Source: Harriotta raleighana (Eukaryota). From it: a DNA stretch of 64,000 bases. The position numbers and the translations under genes were made by a program. The notes beneath the pieces are model-generated. The model worked only from the letters and a program-made list of their open reading frames with translations, was not told the origin of the DNA and did no database searches. Location of the stretch: the NCBI GenBank assembly GCA_050575255.1, contig JBNZDD010013696.1:6455672-6519671 (forward strand), read 5' to 3'. Positions 25,370-38,783 of the stretch are shown in pieces (positions within the stretch are counted from its first letter, which is position 1; every line of letters begins with the position of its first letter).

Positions 25370-27890
25370 TCCTCTATATTTAAGTGGATCTCTACCTTAT
25401 CATCAACCATGGCCTAGACATCACTGATCAGTCCCATCACAGACAAGCTGCTAAAGGCTCACCTCTCCTCAACCTTCAATTCTCTTGTCCCCCTGAGAGC
25501 CAGGTTTATCTCCAAGCCTACCCGCTTCCACTCGTACAATAGTCACCTCTGCTCCCTCAAATCCCAAACCTGGTTGCTCAAGCACAGATGGCAATACACT
25601 GGTCTCACGTTTCACCATCAACTGTGGCTCAAGTATCTTCATACTTATTACCATGCTCTCTATCAAGCCCAAACTGCTTTCTATTCACCAGTCATTCTCA
25701 AGGCAAACAACCTCAAAATCCTCTTCTCTCCTACACAGCATTCACACCCTCTCTCAAGTACCCTCGATTCTCACTTTAATACCAAGTGTGAAATGGTCCT
25801 GGACATCTTTATCCATGAGATAAATAACATATGCCTGGCAAACTTCCTCCTCCCCCCGCTCCACCACCCCTTTCATCACCCTCTTCTACTACCACAACCT
25901 GTCTGCTCTTTCCACTCAGGAGGTTCCGGACTGCTCCATGTTCCCTGATCCACTCCCATCAATAGGTGAGCCTCCAGCCACTCTGCCCCTAACCTCTGGA
26001 ACTCCATTCCGCAGTACCTCCGCATCGCTCCCTCCCTAGCCTCCTTCAAATCCTGCCTCAAGAACCTCCTCTTTCACGGTGCCTTTGGGTCAGCTCCCTT
26101 CCCTCCACCCTCCCCAATCCCGACCCCAGCTCGGGTCTGAAATGCTGACTGTACAGCTCTTTGGGATGACCTCCCGATGTGAAAGGCGCTATACAAATGT
26201 AATTTTGTTTTTTTTGTTGTTGTTTCTGGATCATCATCCAGATAAAGCCCACCTTCTGCTGCCTCAACCCCTCTTCGCACCCAGCTGCTAGTCACTCAAC
26301 TCCTCCTCCAGCCCACTGCTGACTGACACAATCACCCAGACCCTCTCCTCAGACTCCATCGTATTCCCCTCAAAACTGCTATCATCACTCAATCCCTTCA
26401 ACCTCACAGACTTCAGTCCCATCTCAAACCTGCCCTTTCTGATCAAAGAGTTGTAATGCATTGTACCAAATCAACTTCCATCATACCTCACCCTCCACTC
26501 CCTATGTGAACCCCTCCAGTCCGGTTTTCACTCAGCCTAGAAGCACAAAGACAACTCCCTCTGACCTCGTCAAAATAACAAATTACATCCTCTCTCTGTG
26601 ACTAGGGCTTCCGCTGCCTCTTTGTTCTTGTACCTCACTGCCGTTTTCGCTATATGGACTTTCCTTCAGCCCCCACCCGGTTATTTGCAGGGTACCCCAA
26701 AGCTCCTCCGTGCCCTACCACTCTTTTCCTTATCTACATGTTCCTTCTTGATGAAGTCACCCATAGGCATGAGATCAACTGTATGCAGATGACACTCAAA
26801 TCTACTTCTCCTCCAGCTGCAATTCCCAGTCCACTGATGTCCTGTCAGCTTGTTTGACAGACATTAAGGCCTGGATGAGCTCAAAGTTCCTGCAGCTGAA
26901 TGTCGGCAAGACAGAAGCCATACACCTTGGTCCCCGTCAATTTCCTCTCTCTTGGGGGTCTGAACTCCTCATCCTCCTAAGGCTCTCCCTCAGACTCACC
27001 AAACCTGTGCACAACTTGGGCATCAGGTTTGATCCGCAGCTTTCCTTTCTGCCCCACATCCATTCCTTGACCAGGACTGCTTTTTTTCACCTCCGTCACA
27101 TTGCTGTCTTCATCTATACTTCACAACCATTGCAGTCGAAACCCTGGTCACTCCCGGTTGAAATATTCCAATGCCTTCCTCGCTGGTCTCCCCAGTTCCA
27201 TTATACACAAAATTCAACTAATTCAAAACTCTGCAGCCCAGATACTCACCAGCACAAACCTTGCAGCAACAACAACAACTTCGATTTATATATCACCCTC
27301 CACGCCAGACAGTGTCTCAGAGAGCTTCACAACAATGGATCTCTGGACCGAGCCAGAGGCAGGGGTAGAAAGGTGACCAAAGGCACGGTCGAAGAAAAAG
27401 GTCTTTAGGTGGGACCTGAAACTGGGAAGAGAGGGGGCGAGGCGAAGGGAGTGACAAAGGAAGTTCCAGAGCCTCAGGTTCCACTGGCTCCCAATTAACG
27501 AATGGATTGATTTCTAAGATCCTCTCACTCGTTTCCAAATCCCTTCATACCCTCGTACCTCCCTATGTCTACGACCCGCTTACCCCTCCACTCCACCACC
27601 CACTGCCACCCCTTGGCTGGCTGTGGCCTCCTGTTTGTTCCTCGTGCCCTCCGTTCCACTGTCGGTGACTGTTCCTTCAGTCAACCGCTCCCGAAAACTC
27701 TGGAACTCTCTCCCTCGATCCCTTCACCTTGCGGTATCCATCCCTACTTTCAAATCCCACCTAAAAACCTTCCGTTTTGATTGTGCAGACAGTCCCGTCC
27801 CCCCTCTCAGACTCCACCTCTGTCAAACTCTGCGGGACACTACCCCGCTTGAAGAGCACTATATAAATGCAAGTTGTTGTTGTTGTTGTT
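25370..27890 (+). mobile_element. Long degraded L2 ORF2 remnant with nested L2 3' ends (about 25900-26225 +, 27265-27480 -)
   Basis: tatgcagatgacactcaa (YADDTQ RT motif), DIKAWMSSKFLQLNVGKTEAI, NLGIRFDPQLSF; (TTG)n tail at about 27873-27890. Confidence 0.88.
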
Positions 27891-29761
27891 TTACCTGTGA
27901 TGGTAAGACTTTGGTTTAATACTCTGCGCTACAATGATCATTCCAGCTGTCTTTACTTTATCGTGAGGGTGGACTAGACCAAGCTTTTGATCTTTCCTTG
28001 GCTGCCATGTGTGGGTGGTCAATGATCAGCATGTTCAGCTCTCTGCTGTCTCCAGTCTCATCTTTTCAATCACAAAGCCCACATTTCATTGTACGCCTGC
28101 CTCCATCTAGTGGTCCAGCCAAATATGGCATCCTTGGCTGAGATGCAACTTCAATCGATCAGACTCTCACAAGGATCATTTCCTGCTAAGTGATGTTATT
28201 TACAGGGTGTGTCTTTTATTATCACAAAATCATATTAGAAGCAACATTATCAAAGTCATCCTAGTTACTGACAAGAGTATATATTTTAGGTCACTAGCTC
28301 TTTGATCCTGACAGAATAGCCTAACAAAGGCTTGGGGTTTATAACAATGTTGGTGAAAATTGACACACCGGAAGAGCTAATAGTTTCTCCTATCTTTCAA
28401 AGTAATTCAACATAATTAAGAATATTTGTTGCTTTCATTTTACTCTGATTTCACTGCAATTCTGAAGAGGCAAAACTATATATTAAACTAACTACTGTAA
28501 AACGTTGTCAGCCCCAATGCCAGTTTTATTTGTGTTCAGTCATGTTATGGGGTAGAGTCAGAGGCTGATTATTTTCAAGCATGACATCTGGTGATTTCCC
28601 CGGATGTAGTGAAACAATCATCATCAATAGCAATTCCAAAATGTGATTGAGGAACTGTTGGTAAAACACATCTGAAAACAAAGCTGATGTGCCTCCACCT
28701 TAGTCCCTTAAACGTTAAATAATCTGTGTGTACTGCTGAAATTAAGAATTCTCACATTTTGCATACAATAATTATAATAAGAGCTTTCCAAAGTTGAAAC
28801 ATAGAAAATGGAACTAGTGCTTTCAGACCATTGCTTGAATGCCAAGTTGCTACAATATTGAGATACAATTTATCATCATCCATTTCAAACTTCAAGTACT
28901 GTACTGTGAAAATAAAAAAACGTATGGAGCAGTAATCGATCATGCCATATATTGTTTGCCAAACCGGATAAAGCATAATATATCTTAATTGCATCTCATA
29001 GGATAAATTATTCAGTTTTGCAACAATTTTCAGTTTCAACAAGCTTCAAAAGGATTTTGCTTCACTGCCACAGGAAAGAACCAAGAACTGTTTATTTTTA
29101 CCCTCCCCCATGCATTGGGCAGTGTTCCTAAAGCCTTCACTGATATAAATTACAGCAGTGATTTTAACTCGCTGATGTAATTTAAGTAAGTGATTTTGAA
29201 CTACTGATGTAAATGAAGGCAGTGCATGTTAGTTTAATTCATTCCAAAGTATACAGTTGATGTCACAGACGTTCCCTACAAAGTTTGCTTATTTTAATGA
29301 TTTTAACCCTTGCACAAAAGCTAGGATCTCCCAATCAGCTGAATTTAACGACTGGTTTCCTATATGCAAATTGAATAACAATGAAAGTTTTACATATAGT
29401 AGTTGTAAAGTTGATTAATTCCTACCTTAGTAAGATTTTTTTTAAACCACTATGATCAGGCATTATAACAGTGCCTTTACATTTGTAAATCTACTTGAAT
29501 TGTCATGGTTTTAGAAATTCTATCTTCCAAAATCTTGCCTGTGTAATTGTTTTCCAGACTATGTTGCAGTGTACTAGTATGTAGAAAGGTGTACACATTA
29601 ATTGCTCAGATGGAGTACTTCAACCGAGTTAAGAATCAAGCAAAAAAGCATAATGTCCAATACAGCATAATGTTTTGATCAATTCAATAAAAGCTTAACT
29701 TGCCAAGCATTAAAGTACTGAAATTTGCAACATTGAAACATACCTTTTCCAAACTCTGCAG

Positions 29762-29932
29762 TGCTCAGTCTCATGTGGAAGTGGAACTCAGCAACGAAAA
29801 ATCTTCTGCCAGATCTCAAACCGAACAATTGAAGACACCCAGTGCACTCGCTCCACACAACCTGCTTCAGTTCAGCGCTGTCAGGCTGGAGAATGTCCAT
29901 TTTACAGCTGGCATGTGGAACAATGGCAAAAA
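29762..29932 (+). CDS. ADAMTS9: ADAMTS9-like exon, TSR module (CSVSCGSGTQQRKIFCQISNRTIEDTQCTRSTQPASVQRCQAGECPFYSWHVEQWQK)
   Basis: ctctgcAG acceptor and AAA|GTAAGT donor; 171 nt, phase 0-0. The correct frame is not in the ORF track and was translated by hand. Confidence 0.92.
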
Positions 29933-31069
29933 GTAAGTATAGCTGCAAGCAAACAGCAAAAGCCCCATTCGGAATAACAGGAGAAAGGCACTCTTCCTGA
30001 CATGCAGCAGTCTTAACTTTGCTCATGAGGTGTGAGTTGTAAACTTGGATCAGATGGCTGGCTTCATGTGGTTAGAAGGATGTTTGACATATCGCCAAGG
30101 AGCAGAATAGTTGGAAGAACAAAATCTCAGCTGGGTAGGAATTAAATAATAAATGAAACTTGATATTGCTTCAAAGACCATTTAACAAAGGAACAAAGAA
30201 TTACAGATACTTGCCTACATAAAAGACAAATCCAGTTGAACTATTTTGTTACTGCAATAACGACTTTTCAACTATAAAACAATTTTTAATAAAAACTAGG
30301 TTTTTCTGTACAGTGCAAACAAATTAATTTAAATGCTTACAAATATTGCATTTTGCTTATATATAAGTTCTGGTTCATGGAGCGTTTAAAGTACTGTGGT
30401 CCAATATGAATTAGTTACGATCTGCAATATAAAGGGGAAATATGGGAGATTACAGTGCGAGGGTTATTTGGAATGTTTGTATGATTCTTAACTTTTTATT
30501 TTTAGTCATACGTGAAGGAGTTTCAGTTGAGCTGAAAATAGATTGTTTAAGCGGCCTAAATTCCTTTGCATGTCTGCAGGCTAATTTTTCTTTATTTTTT
30601 AAATGAGCTTTCCCCTTCCACCTCTTCCCCCTGGAGCTCCTTTTCACTTCCACCAGCTGGAATCAATTAGAGAGCCCCATTGTGGTAGGTGAACATTAGT
30701 TGTGCCACATTATTTTTAAAAGGATTTCAGGGCTGCATGCAGAATCGTGCATGCTCTGAAAATTTATAACATGTCACAGGCACATTTCCAAGAAAAGTCT
30801 TTAAAAACAGCCATGGCCGCAAATTAATCTCTTTAGTGGAAATGTGTTCTAATGTAGTGCAGATGTGCATATGGCAGCTTTTTAAGCGGCTTTATTTTAT
30901 TTATTGGAAGAAGTACTGTTAGTATCTGAAAATTATTAACTATGAAGGGGTTTGCTCATAAAAGATAATGTGTTTGCACTCAGCCAGTGGAACAAATTCA
31001 TTGAGAGTATCTCTTGCTTAAGCAAATCATAGATGATTTGAGGAGATGAAGCAAAATGGGAAGCTCAAT

Positions 31070-31200
31070 GGCACTGTCCTGTACAAAGGCTTCCAAATGG
31101 CCTTTGATAAAGTGCCACATAAGCATTTTCTTTATAAGCTAATGTCATTTGGTATCAGGAGTAAATTATTAACTGCCTCCAAAGCAAGAAGCAGAAGGTC
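31070..31200 (+). mobile_element. CR1 RT fragment
   Basis: FQMAFDKVPHKHFLYKLMSFGIRSKLL matches the CR1 (D)FQKAFDKVPH motif. Confidence 0.8.
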
Positions 31201-31353
31201 ACCATCAGAAAAGCTTGAAGAAAAGAAGGTATTGAATGGGATACTTTAGGTGTCCATATTTGGACATCTCTTGTGCATGTATGAACTGGATTTCTAGACT
31301 GCAAAATAGTGCAAAATAGGTAAACTTGCAAATGGCACAAAGCAACAGAGGTA

Positions 31354-31974
31354 CAGGTATCCCCCGATTTATGACTGGGTTGCATTCCTGAAAAATGTCA
31401 CGCAAATCAAAACGTCGTAAATCTAAACGGGGTTTCCTGTGCAGTCCCATTATATAACCCGAGATGCGTTCTTTTCACAGATTTTTCGGACCTTAAACCC
31501 ACTAAATAACACACAAAATAATACAAAATAACACACAAAACTATTTATAGTGTGAATGAATGCATCTTTCATTTCCTCTCTTTCTCTCTCTTCAGTCTGT
31601 ATATGTGTGTGTGTCTCTTTCTCTCTGTCTGTGTCAGTCGATACAATATAATTGTGCTGCAGTTGAATGAGTGAGTGAATAAGTGAGAGAGAGATAGACA
31701 TACAGACAGGCAGGAAGACAGTTGGTCAGTTCAAACTCTTGGATGCACTGTATCAGGGGAAATACACAATGAGTATGGACAAAAAGACGCGCCAAATACG
31801 ATTGAGATTTTATCACGAAATACACTATGTACTGCGCATGCACAAAAAAGATGCGCTACATTTTTTGGTCGTTAAAACGAAGCCATGTGTCGTATATCGA
31901 TAAAAAGGTGTTAAAAAAATCATGTCGTTGAATCAAAACGCTGTAAATAGAAGTGTCCTAAATCGGGATACCTG
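31354..31974. mobile_element. Tigger-like element (TIR CAGGTATCCC)
   Basis: TA|CAGGTATCCCCCGATTTA...TAAATCGGGATACCTG|TA; further copies at 45660-46296 and from 50299. Confidence 0.88.
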
Positions 31975-32554
31975 TATTGGGAAATGTAACCAATATCTTA
32001 CAATAACGGACGGATGGAATGAACTACCGGGGAGGGTAAAAAGAGGGAAGAGCAGTGAATGTGTTTGAAAATGCAGAGGCTTGCTTCATGTTGTAACAAA
32101 GAAAATAATAGGATGGATGTTCTGGAAGTAAAATTAAAGGATTAATGTAACTTCTTCATCTACACATTTCTTGTCATGTGTTTGGAAGTAAGAATGGCAC
32201 CAAATCCAATTAGGCTGTGATACAACTGATAAACTGTCACCGGGTCTCGTGCTCTATGCCTGTAAGTACAATATAAGTGGTGTCTCGCTTGCTTAACTTA
32301 AAATTCTTCAAAAATGACAAGATGGTCAGAATGGTCTGACATGCAGTTTGGACATAAGCCTGTTTTCAATTTTATTCAAAACAATTACATCAGAAAAAAT
32401 CCTTGGGTTTTCAAGGAATACGGAAAATAATTAGAAGCTGTAGAACTTTAGAATTGATGCAAGAACACATAGAAACAGTTGGTCACGCTATAAAGTATCT
32501 GGACTTTGAGATTATAGAAATATAAAAATAAGTTGCTTGATGATAAGTAGCTTT

Positions 32555-32822
32555 CATAGAATCATAGAATGTTACAGCACAGAAGGAGGCCATTCGGTCC
32601 ATTGAGTCTGTGCCGGCTCTTTGACAGAGCAATGTCACTTTCATTAACCCCAATCACCAGCTTTCTCCCCATAACCCTGCAAGCCCGTCTTCCCCAGATA
32701 CCTATCCAGTTCTCTCTTAAAAGCTGCTACCGAATCGGACCTCACTACCCTTTCAGGCAGATCATTCCAAATTCGTACAACTCTCGTGAGTGAAAAAAAT
32801 TCTTCTAACCTCTCCTCTGCTT
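32555..32822 (-). mobile_element. CR1 3' end
   Basis: catagaatcatagaat terminal repeat then gttacagcacagaaggaggccattcggtcc. Confidence 0.85.
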
Positions 32823-35451
32823 TGAAGTAGCTTTTCTAAAAAAAAGTCACTACCACAACAGGAATTGCTACTTTTAATGAACAGTGACAATTCATGCAAT
32901 TTCAATATTTCATTCCATGGATTGATTTATACAGACGTCATATAAGTAATCTTATAAGTAACACAATACTTTTGACTGTAATATTGACTATTTCCTACTT
33001 GAACTCTTCCATTCATTGTCAAAATTCCTTTAAAAATATTGGTCACTCAATCCACAACTGTTTTTGGGTTCATAATTGCCTGCCGCGTTTTGCACATAAA
33101 ATATGCCGGGAATTCACTTTGCAGTATAATCTCTGAAGATCTTTGAGATGTCTTGAAGAAGTGATAAGGCATTATAACAAATCCAAGGACAGTTATTATT
33201 TATTATTATTTTTGAGAATTTGTAACAACAGATTCTTTGTTTTTAATTGATAGCAGATTGGCATGTTTGAATTTCATATTCATAGCAATATTTATAGTTT
33301 CACGCAACTTGTGTTATGTTACAGAAGGAGGTATGTTGGTTTTGTTTTCCTTATGCAGAATTAACGTATTTGCAGAACAATTTAGATTGTATGGTTCAAA
33401 AAGTTTGATTGTTGGTATGGTTTTCTCAATTCAATAACCTGTTGCTCGCAGATAAATGTTTTTAATACCACATTTCTTAATTGGAAATTTAGGCTCCCAA
33501 CACAGGACAGCAGGAGAGGTTGAACAGAGCAAGGAGACACACAATGGCTGTAGAATGACATACCATCTTGTTTAAAATGTATTGTGTGAATTGACAGAAT
33601 CGTATTCAACTGCTTTAAGACTTTAAGATCTTAGATTAAGGGGGCCATAGTCCCCCTTTGTATCTGACTGACTGCACAACAATCACTCCAGATTAATTCC
33701 AAACTGGTTTAATCTTTAAAAAAATGTTGCACCACAGAGAGCTGTCCTAAAGAAGTAGTTTAGCAGCCCAGCATGCTCATTAATAGAATTCTACATGGAT
33801 GATTTCACTTTCCTGTGATGAAAGTTTCTTGCACTTCACAGAACACAAATCCATTTCTACTTACAAGAATTTAATACATTGTGCCGGTGAACATTGAGGG
33901 GAAATGTACCACACAAACACTGTAAATAATTAAACTGTGTATGTTATTCAAAATGAAGGGGATATTGCTGTTGAATTCGAAAGATCATTAATGAATAAAA
34001 CATTAGCATAATTTATGTATTTGTAGTACTGTACACCTGAATTTCTACCATGAAGATACATTCTAGCAAGGGTAGAAATGATAGACACTTTATACGAAGG
34101 ATAAGATCCACAAAATGCTATTGTGAGATCTAATTCAAAGCAACCAATAGATTATGATGCTTAAATGTATTTTTTCCAAACTAAATGTTAGGGTGAAAAG
34201 TTGTGATCTTTTTGCCTCCTATCCCCCACCCTCCCGAACACACAGACATTGAGAATAACAAACTTAAAATACTGAGCTTTCAAGATAACAAATGGATTTC
34301 TGTTTAATCAGTCAGCAGCTGGAAATTCTGTCTTCTACCTTGTTTGGCTCCGCCAAGCTTAAAAGAGTTTCTGAGAAATATAATTCATTGAGAACCGTTT
34401 TTGTTATGCTCATGTTTGCAATAGCAATTCTTTAAACCATAGGTAATTTTTGTGTATCATTTAAATGTTTCAGTGGCAGATGTTGTGTTTTTCCTATGAC
34501 AAAGTATCTCTAGGTAAACCTACTTTTTAAAGTAAATTTTAAATCAAATATATCATCCTGTAACATTGTTTTATTACAGGATGATATATTTGTTAACACA
34601 AGATATTGAAATCACAACACGAGTCAGGGTTAATGCATATCTGCTAATTGAGTGATTGTTTTTCTATAACAAGCTGTTGTGAAGGACATCTCAATGTTGG
34701 GCAGTAGCGAAACAAAGCGGACTATACATTTACCTAACTTACTATTGATCAAGATAGAACCAGACTGGGAATAGAAAATTGCAAAGGGGTTTGTCAGCTA
34801 TTCTGCTTCAAGGAATCATGAGGGTAGGTGAACAGATTTTAGATATTAAATAGGAAATGATAAATCAGTTCTTTGTCTTTACTGTCTTGGAAGATAAATA
34901 GAAAGATCAGTGTTAATATGTGACCTTTAAAAGGTAGTTGACAGAGGCACTTGTATACTCGAAACACCAAATGAAATACGTTTTGATGTTTGACGCAGCA
35001 CGAATAGATAAGTGCACATCCAGAATGAGGGATAACATCAGTACTTAATGCTGGCATAACCACAGTTGACTACTCTCACCTTCTACCAATATTGAGGCAT
35101 AATATCGATGGTATGATTACAAAAAATGTTGAAACGTTAGTTGCACACTTGAAGAAGTGTGAATAGAATTTAAATGGAGAAATACTAGTTTTCCTCATGC
35201 TTAGAATTTTATTTACTTTCGTAGTTAATTTTTGACTGCCTCTAAAATGATAAATGCAAGAGAAGAAAAAATAGATATCAATTTGTTAATGGTGTCATTG
35301 GGTATCAGTAATATATATAGATATTGAAATATCTATAAATTTCAGAGGTATTTGTAGACAGTGCTAACATATATTTCTATGCTCTTTACAATTTAGATTT
35401 GATTGCTATAATTTTTCACCAATAGTATTCATGGCTTTGAAACACTGAATA

Positions 35452-35859
35452 CAGTAAAACCTCGTTTACCCGGCACGCTCGGGGGGTTCGACTAATTGAC
35501 TGTGCTGGATAAACGGGGAACAAGTCGCCGAAAACCCAACATAAAAAATTAATTTATTTTAAAACATGCCATGTTAATAATAGACTACATAGTAACAGTA
35601 GACTAATAGACTACATTGTGTAGATACTTACCAATAAAACATTCCAGCAGAGTCGGGAAAAAATGGGTAAAACAGCATTTTTTACCGATCGGTAAAAAAA
35701 ACAAGTGCGTAAGTTTACTAAGTGCGCATGTGCATGCATTGCATGCATGTGCAAAGAAAGCAAACTCGCAATTCTGGAATGGGGAATTGTCCCGGGAGGG
35801 GGTCGAGCAATTGAATCGGGTTACGGTTGATCAGGTCACGGATGAACGAGGTTTTACTG
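35452..35859. mobile_element. Tigger-like MITE (TIR CAGTAAAACCTCGTT)
   Basis: TA|CAGTAAAACCTCGTTTACCCG...CGGATGAACGAGGTTTTACTG|TA. Confidence 0.88.
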
Positions 35860-36085
35860 TAATAGATATTGTATAGCGATCACTATAAGGGATATGGTAA
35901 TACAAAGGCATCCAAAATACTATCCATGTGTATGAATAGCTATTTCATATTATAGTGAGTGAAAATTAACCAATACTCAATATTTTTTGCCTCTAATTAC
36001 CTTTTTACTTTTTTCATAAGCTTTTGATTGGAGAGTAATTATGGAATGTAATTATAATTGTATTTTCTTGTGCCTACATTTACAG

Positions 36086-36259
36086 TGCAGTTCGACTTGT
36101 GGTACTGGAACAAGGTACCGTAAAGTAACTTGCATCAAACAGAACAAAGAAGAGTCACAGAGTAATAACTGCGAAGTAAAAATGAAAAGACCGGCCAGTG
36201 TGGAGAAGTGCAATATTCAACCTTGTGAATACATATGGATTACTGGAGAATGGTCTGAG
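36086..36259 (+). CDS. ADAMTS9: ADAMTS9-like exon, TSR module (CSSTCGTGTRYRKVTC...CNIQPCEYIWITGEWSE)
   Basis: tttacAG acceptor and GAG|GTAAAA donor; 174 nt, phase 0-0; QPCEYxWITGEWSE is ADAMTS9-type. Confidence 0.93.
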
Positions 36260-37283
36260 GTAAAAAAAAAAATTCTCATCTTGTTAATCTGGTAAAAAGC
36301 CCGAATCCAACCTTCTTTTAATATGTTACACATTAACATAAAATTTCCCCCCAAAAAACTAATAGCTTTTTAATAGTTAAGTGAAAGAAAGATCTTGTAT
36401 CTTTCATGTGGAAAGCTCTCAAAATGCTTGGAGTAATCATTATCAAGTACTGTATAATTATTTTTTTTCTCAAATGTGCCAGAAAGGTGTGACACCATGA
36501 GGTGAAAGACCAATTAATTTGGAGGAATATTGATCTGTATCAGTATATGAAACCTGTGACATTTTCATGTTGTTTGATGTTCTTGTATCTAATGGTCCCA
36601 TTCTCTACTTAACAAATTCTAGAAAATAAATGTCCTCACTTGGGCATGCATGAAGAAATGCTGAAGACTAGTCTATGACAATAACCATTTTGGTTGTGGA
36701 TACAAAATAAGTTTATCTTTCAATGATTTTTGCTACATTATTGCCAAACTATATTTTTCAGTTTTCTTTTTAAACCTGAATTCTGTCTTGCTTGAGCACG
36801 GGTAGGATATTTAATGAGATTGTTATTGAATGTTTTTGCTTAGCTATGCAATCTTGTGATTACCAGAAATTGAACCATAACCCATCTGTTTTGTGAGGGC
36901 AGAGAAAGATCCCCAGAAGTCTTGTTGCACAACTGCATTTGAAATTGCATTCTTTTATCATTAAAAATTAGTTAGTTAGTTAGCTAACTAGCTTGCTAGC
37001 TAGCTAACCAATAAATGGTTAGTCCCAGATAAAGAAGTGCATACATGGCGACATACAATAAATAGATAAATGCAGGATTTCATATGAAGTGGGCTGATCA
37101 GATTGATCAGTTCTGACTGACCTATAGATTTAAAATCCAGAACAATAAATTTCAGATGTACGGAGATAGCAGAACAAGAGGACACATGTTTAGTCTTGCA
37201 AAAGGGTAATTTCAGGATAGTCAACTTCAGGAAATGTAACTTTTTTACCCAGGGTAAAGATACTGAATAGGGTTACTATAAAG

Positions 37284-37946
37284 CAGTGGTTTCCAAACTT
37301 TAAATAGTGGCGCACCCCTCCCCCCCATTAACTCAGCAAAGTTTCAGTTGCATCCCACCCCTCCTTCAGATTGAATAATTTTCGCAAATGATAACAGCAA
37401 ACAAAATATTTTCTTATGTTTTTAGTCCGCTTTAATTATTAACAAAAATCACTAAATTGTTTTTCAAAATTAATTATGAGAAAAAAAACTGTTAAAATTG
37501 TGAAACACTTACATTTACAATTTACAACACTTAGAATTTGTTAGTGTGATGTGTGAGCTTGCTTTTCAGTGCAAAGTTTCTACCTGACTATCTTACCGGC
37601 TCACTCACTCACTCCCTGACTGACTGTCCGGCTCACTCACTCACTCCCTGACTGACTGTCCGGCTCACTCACTCACTCACTCCAACTGACTGCCCGGCTC
37701 ACTCACTCGCTGCCGGTCTCACTCGCTGCCGGCCTGGCTCGCTCTCTCACTGCCGGCTTGGCTAACTCCCAGGTCCTAGCGCCATCGTGCCCCCTTTCCA
37801 CCTGCTGGTGAATAACGTATTTGTGAACGTCGCAACTTTAAGCGGGGTTCACTTGTAATAAGAACAATAATGGCCGCGCCCCCCCCCCCCCAACCAATGG
37901 TACTCGCCCCCCAAGGAAGGCACGCCTCAAGGTTTGGAAACCACTG
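37284..37946. mobile_element. hAT (Charlie-like) non-autonomous element inserted into a CR1 3' fragment
   Basis: 15-bp TIR CAGTGGTTTCCAAAC / GTTTGGAAACCACTG; 8-bp TSD ctataaag / ccataaag (7/8); internal tandem of about 32 bp (ccggctcactcactcactccctgactgactgt) at about 37596-37710. Confidence 0.9.
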
Positions 37947-38303
37947 CCATAAAGGATGGTTTAGGTCAGAACATTGAATTCATTTTTTTTCAAAAAAAAA
38001 GCTNAAAAGGGCCCCCCCCCCCCCCCCCCCCCCAACCAATGGTACTCGCCCCCCCAAGGAAGGCACGCCTCAAGGTTTGGAAACCACTGCCATAAAGGAT
38101 GGTTTAGGTCAGAACATTGAATTCATTTTTTTTCAAAAAAAAAAGCTAGATTCGCCCACAAACAAAATATGGTCAATTTAATTTACAGTGTATTCTGTGA
38201 AGCGCTTTGAGATGTCTAGAAGATGTGAAAAGTGCTATATCAAAAGCAAGGATTATTATAGATGCTGTGATAGGAGAATAGTAGTTGGGGCGGAGGAGAA
38301 AAC

Positions 38304-38440
38304 TAGTGGGGGCAGGGTAGTGGGGAGGGAGGGTAGTGGGGAGAAAGGGTATTGGGGAGGGAGGGTAGTGGGGGAGAGGGTAGTGGGGGGGAGGGTAGTG
38401 GGGGGAGAGGGTAGTGGTGGAAGGGTAGTGGGGGGGAAGG
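38304..38440 (+). repeat. G-rich minisatellite (GGGTAGTGGGGGGAGA-like units)
   Basis: About 8 imperfect units of 15-16 nt, directly visible. Confidence 0.85.
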
Positions 38441-38783
38441 TATTCTGGAAACATGGGATCAAATGGGCCAAAGAACCTTCTTGACCCCAAATGATTGTGT
38501 GATCTTGTGCACCTCACACTTCTAATAAGTAATCATTGCAATACAAAGGTATTATTAATATTGAACCAATATGCTCCTGTTTAATTATAATCTGTATAAA
38601 AATATGATGTTAGCTCTACACAGATCTACTATTCAAGGCATATAATAGAAAGAGATCATAATGGCCCTATCAAAAGTAAATGGTTTGTTGTATGCAATTT
38701 CCAGATTTGAAAGGTGCAATATCAACGTAAATTATGATGCAATTTTGCTGCCAAAAATGTTGACAATGTGCCTTTATCCATAG

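Noticed and set aside
26854-27408. 184-aa ORF as a host gene
   Set aside because: Degraded L2 reverse transcriptase sequence running into a nested antisense L2 tail.
29700-29936. 78-aa ORF from the track
   Set aside because: Wrong-frame overlap of the real TSR exon 29762-29932.
37878-38147. Duplicated hAT right end
   Set aside because: Near-identical copies either side of the N at 38004, next to a poly-C run; assembly overlap artefact.
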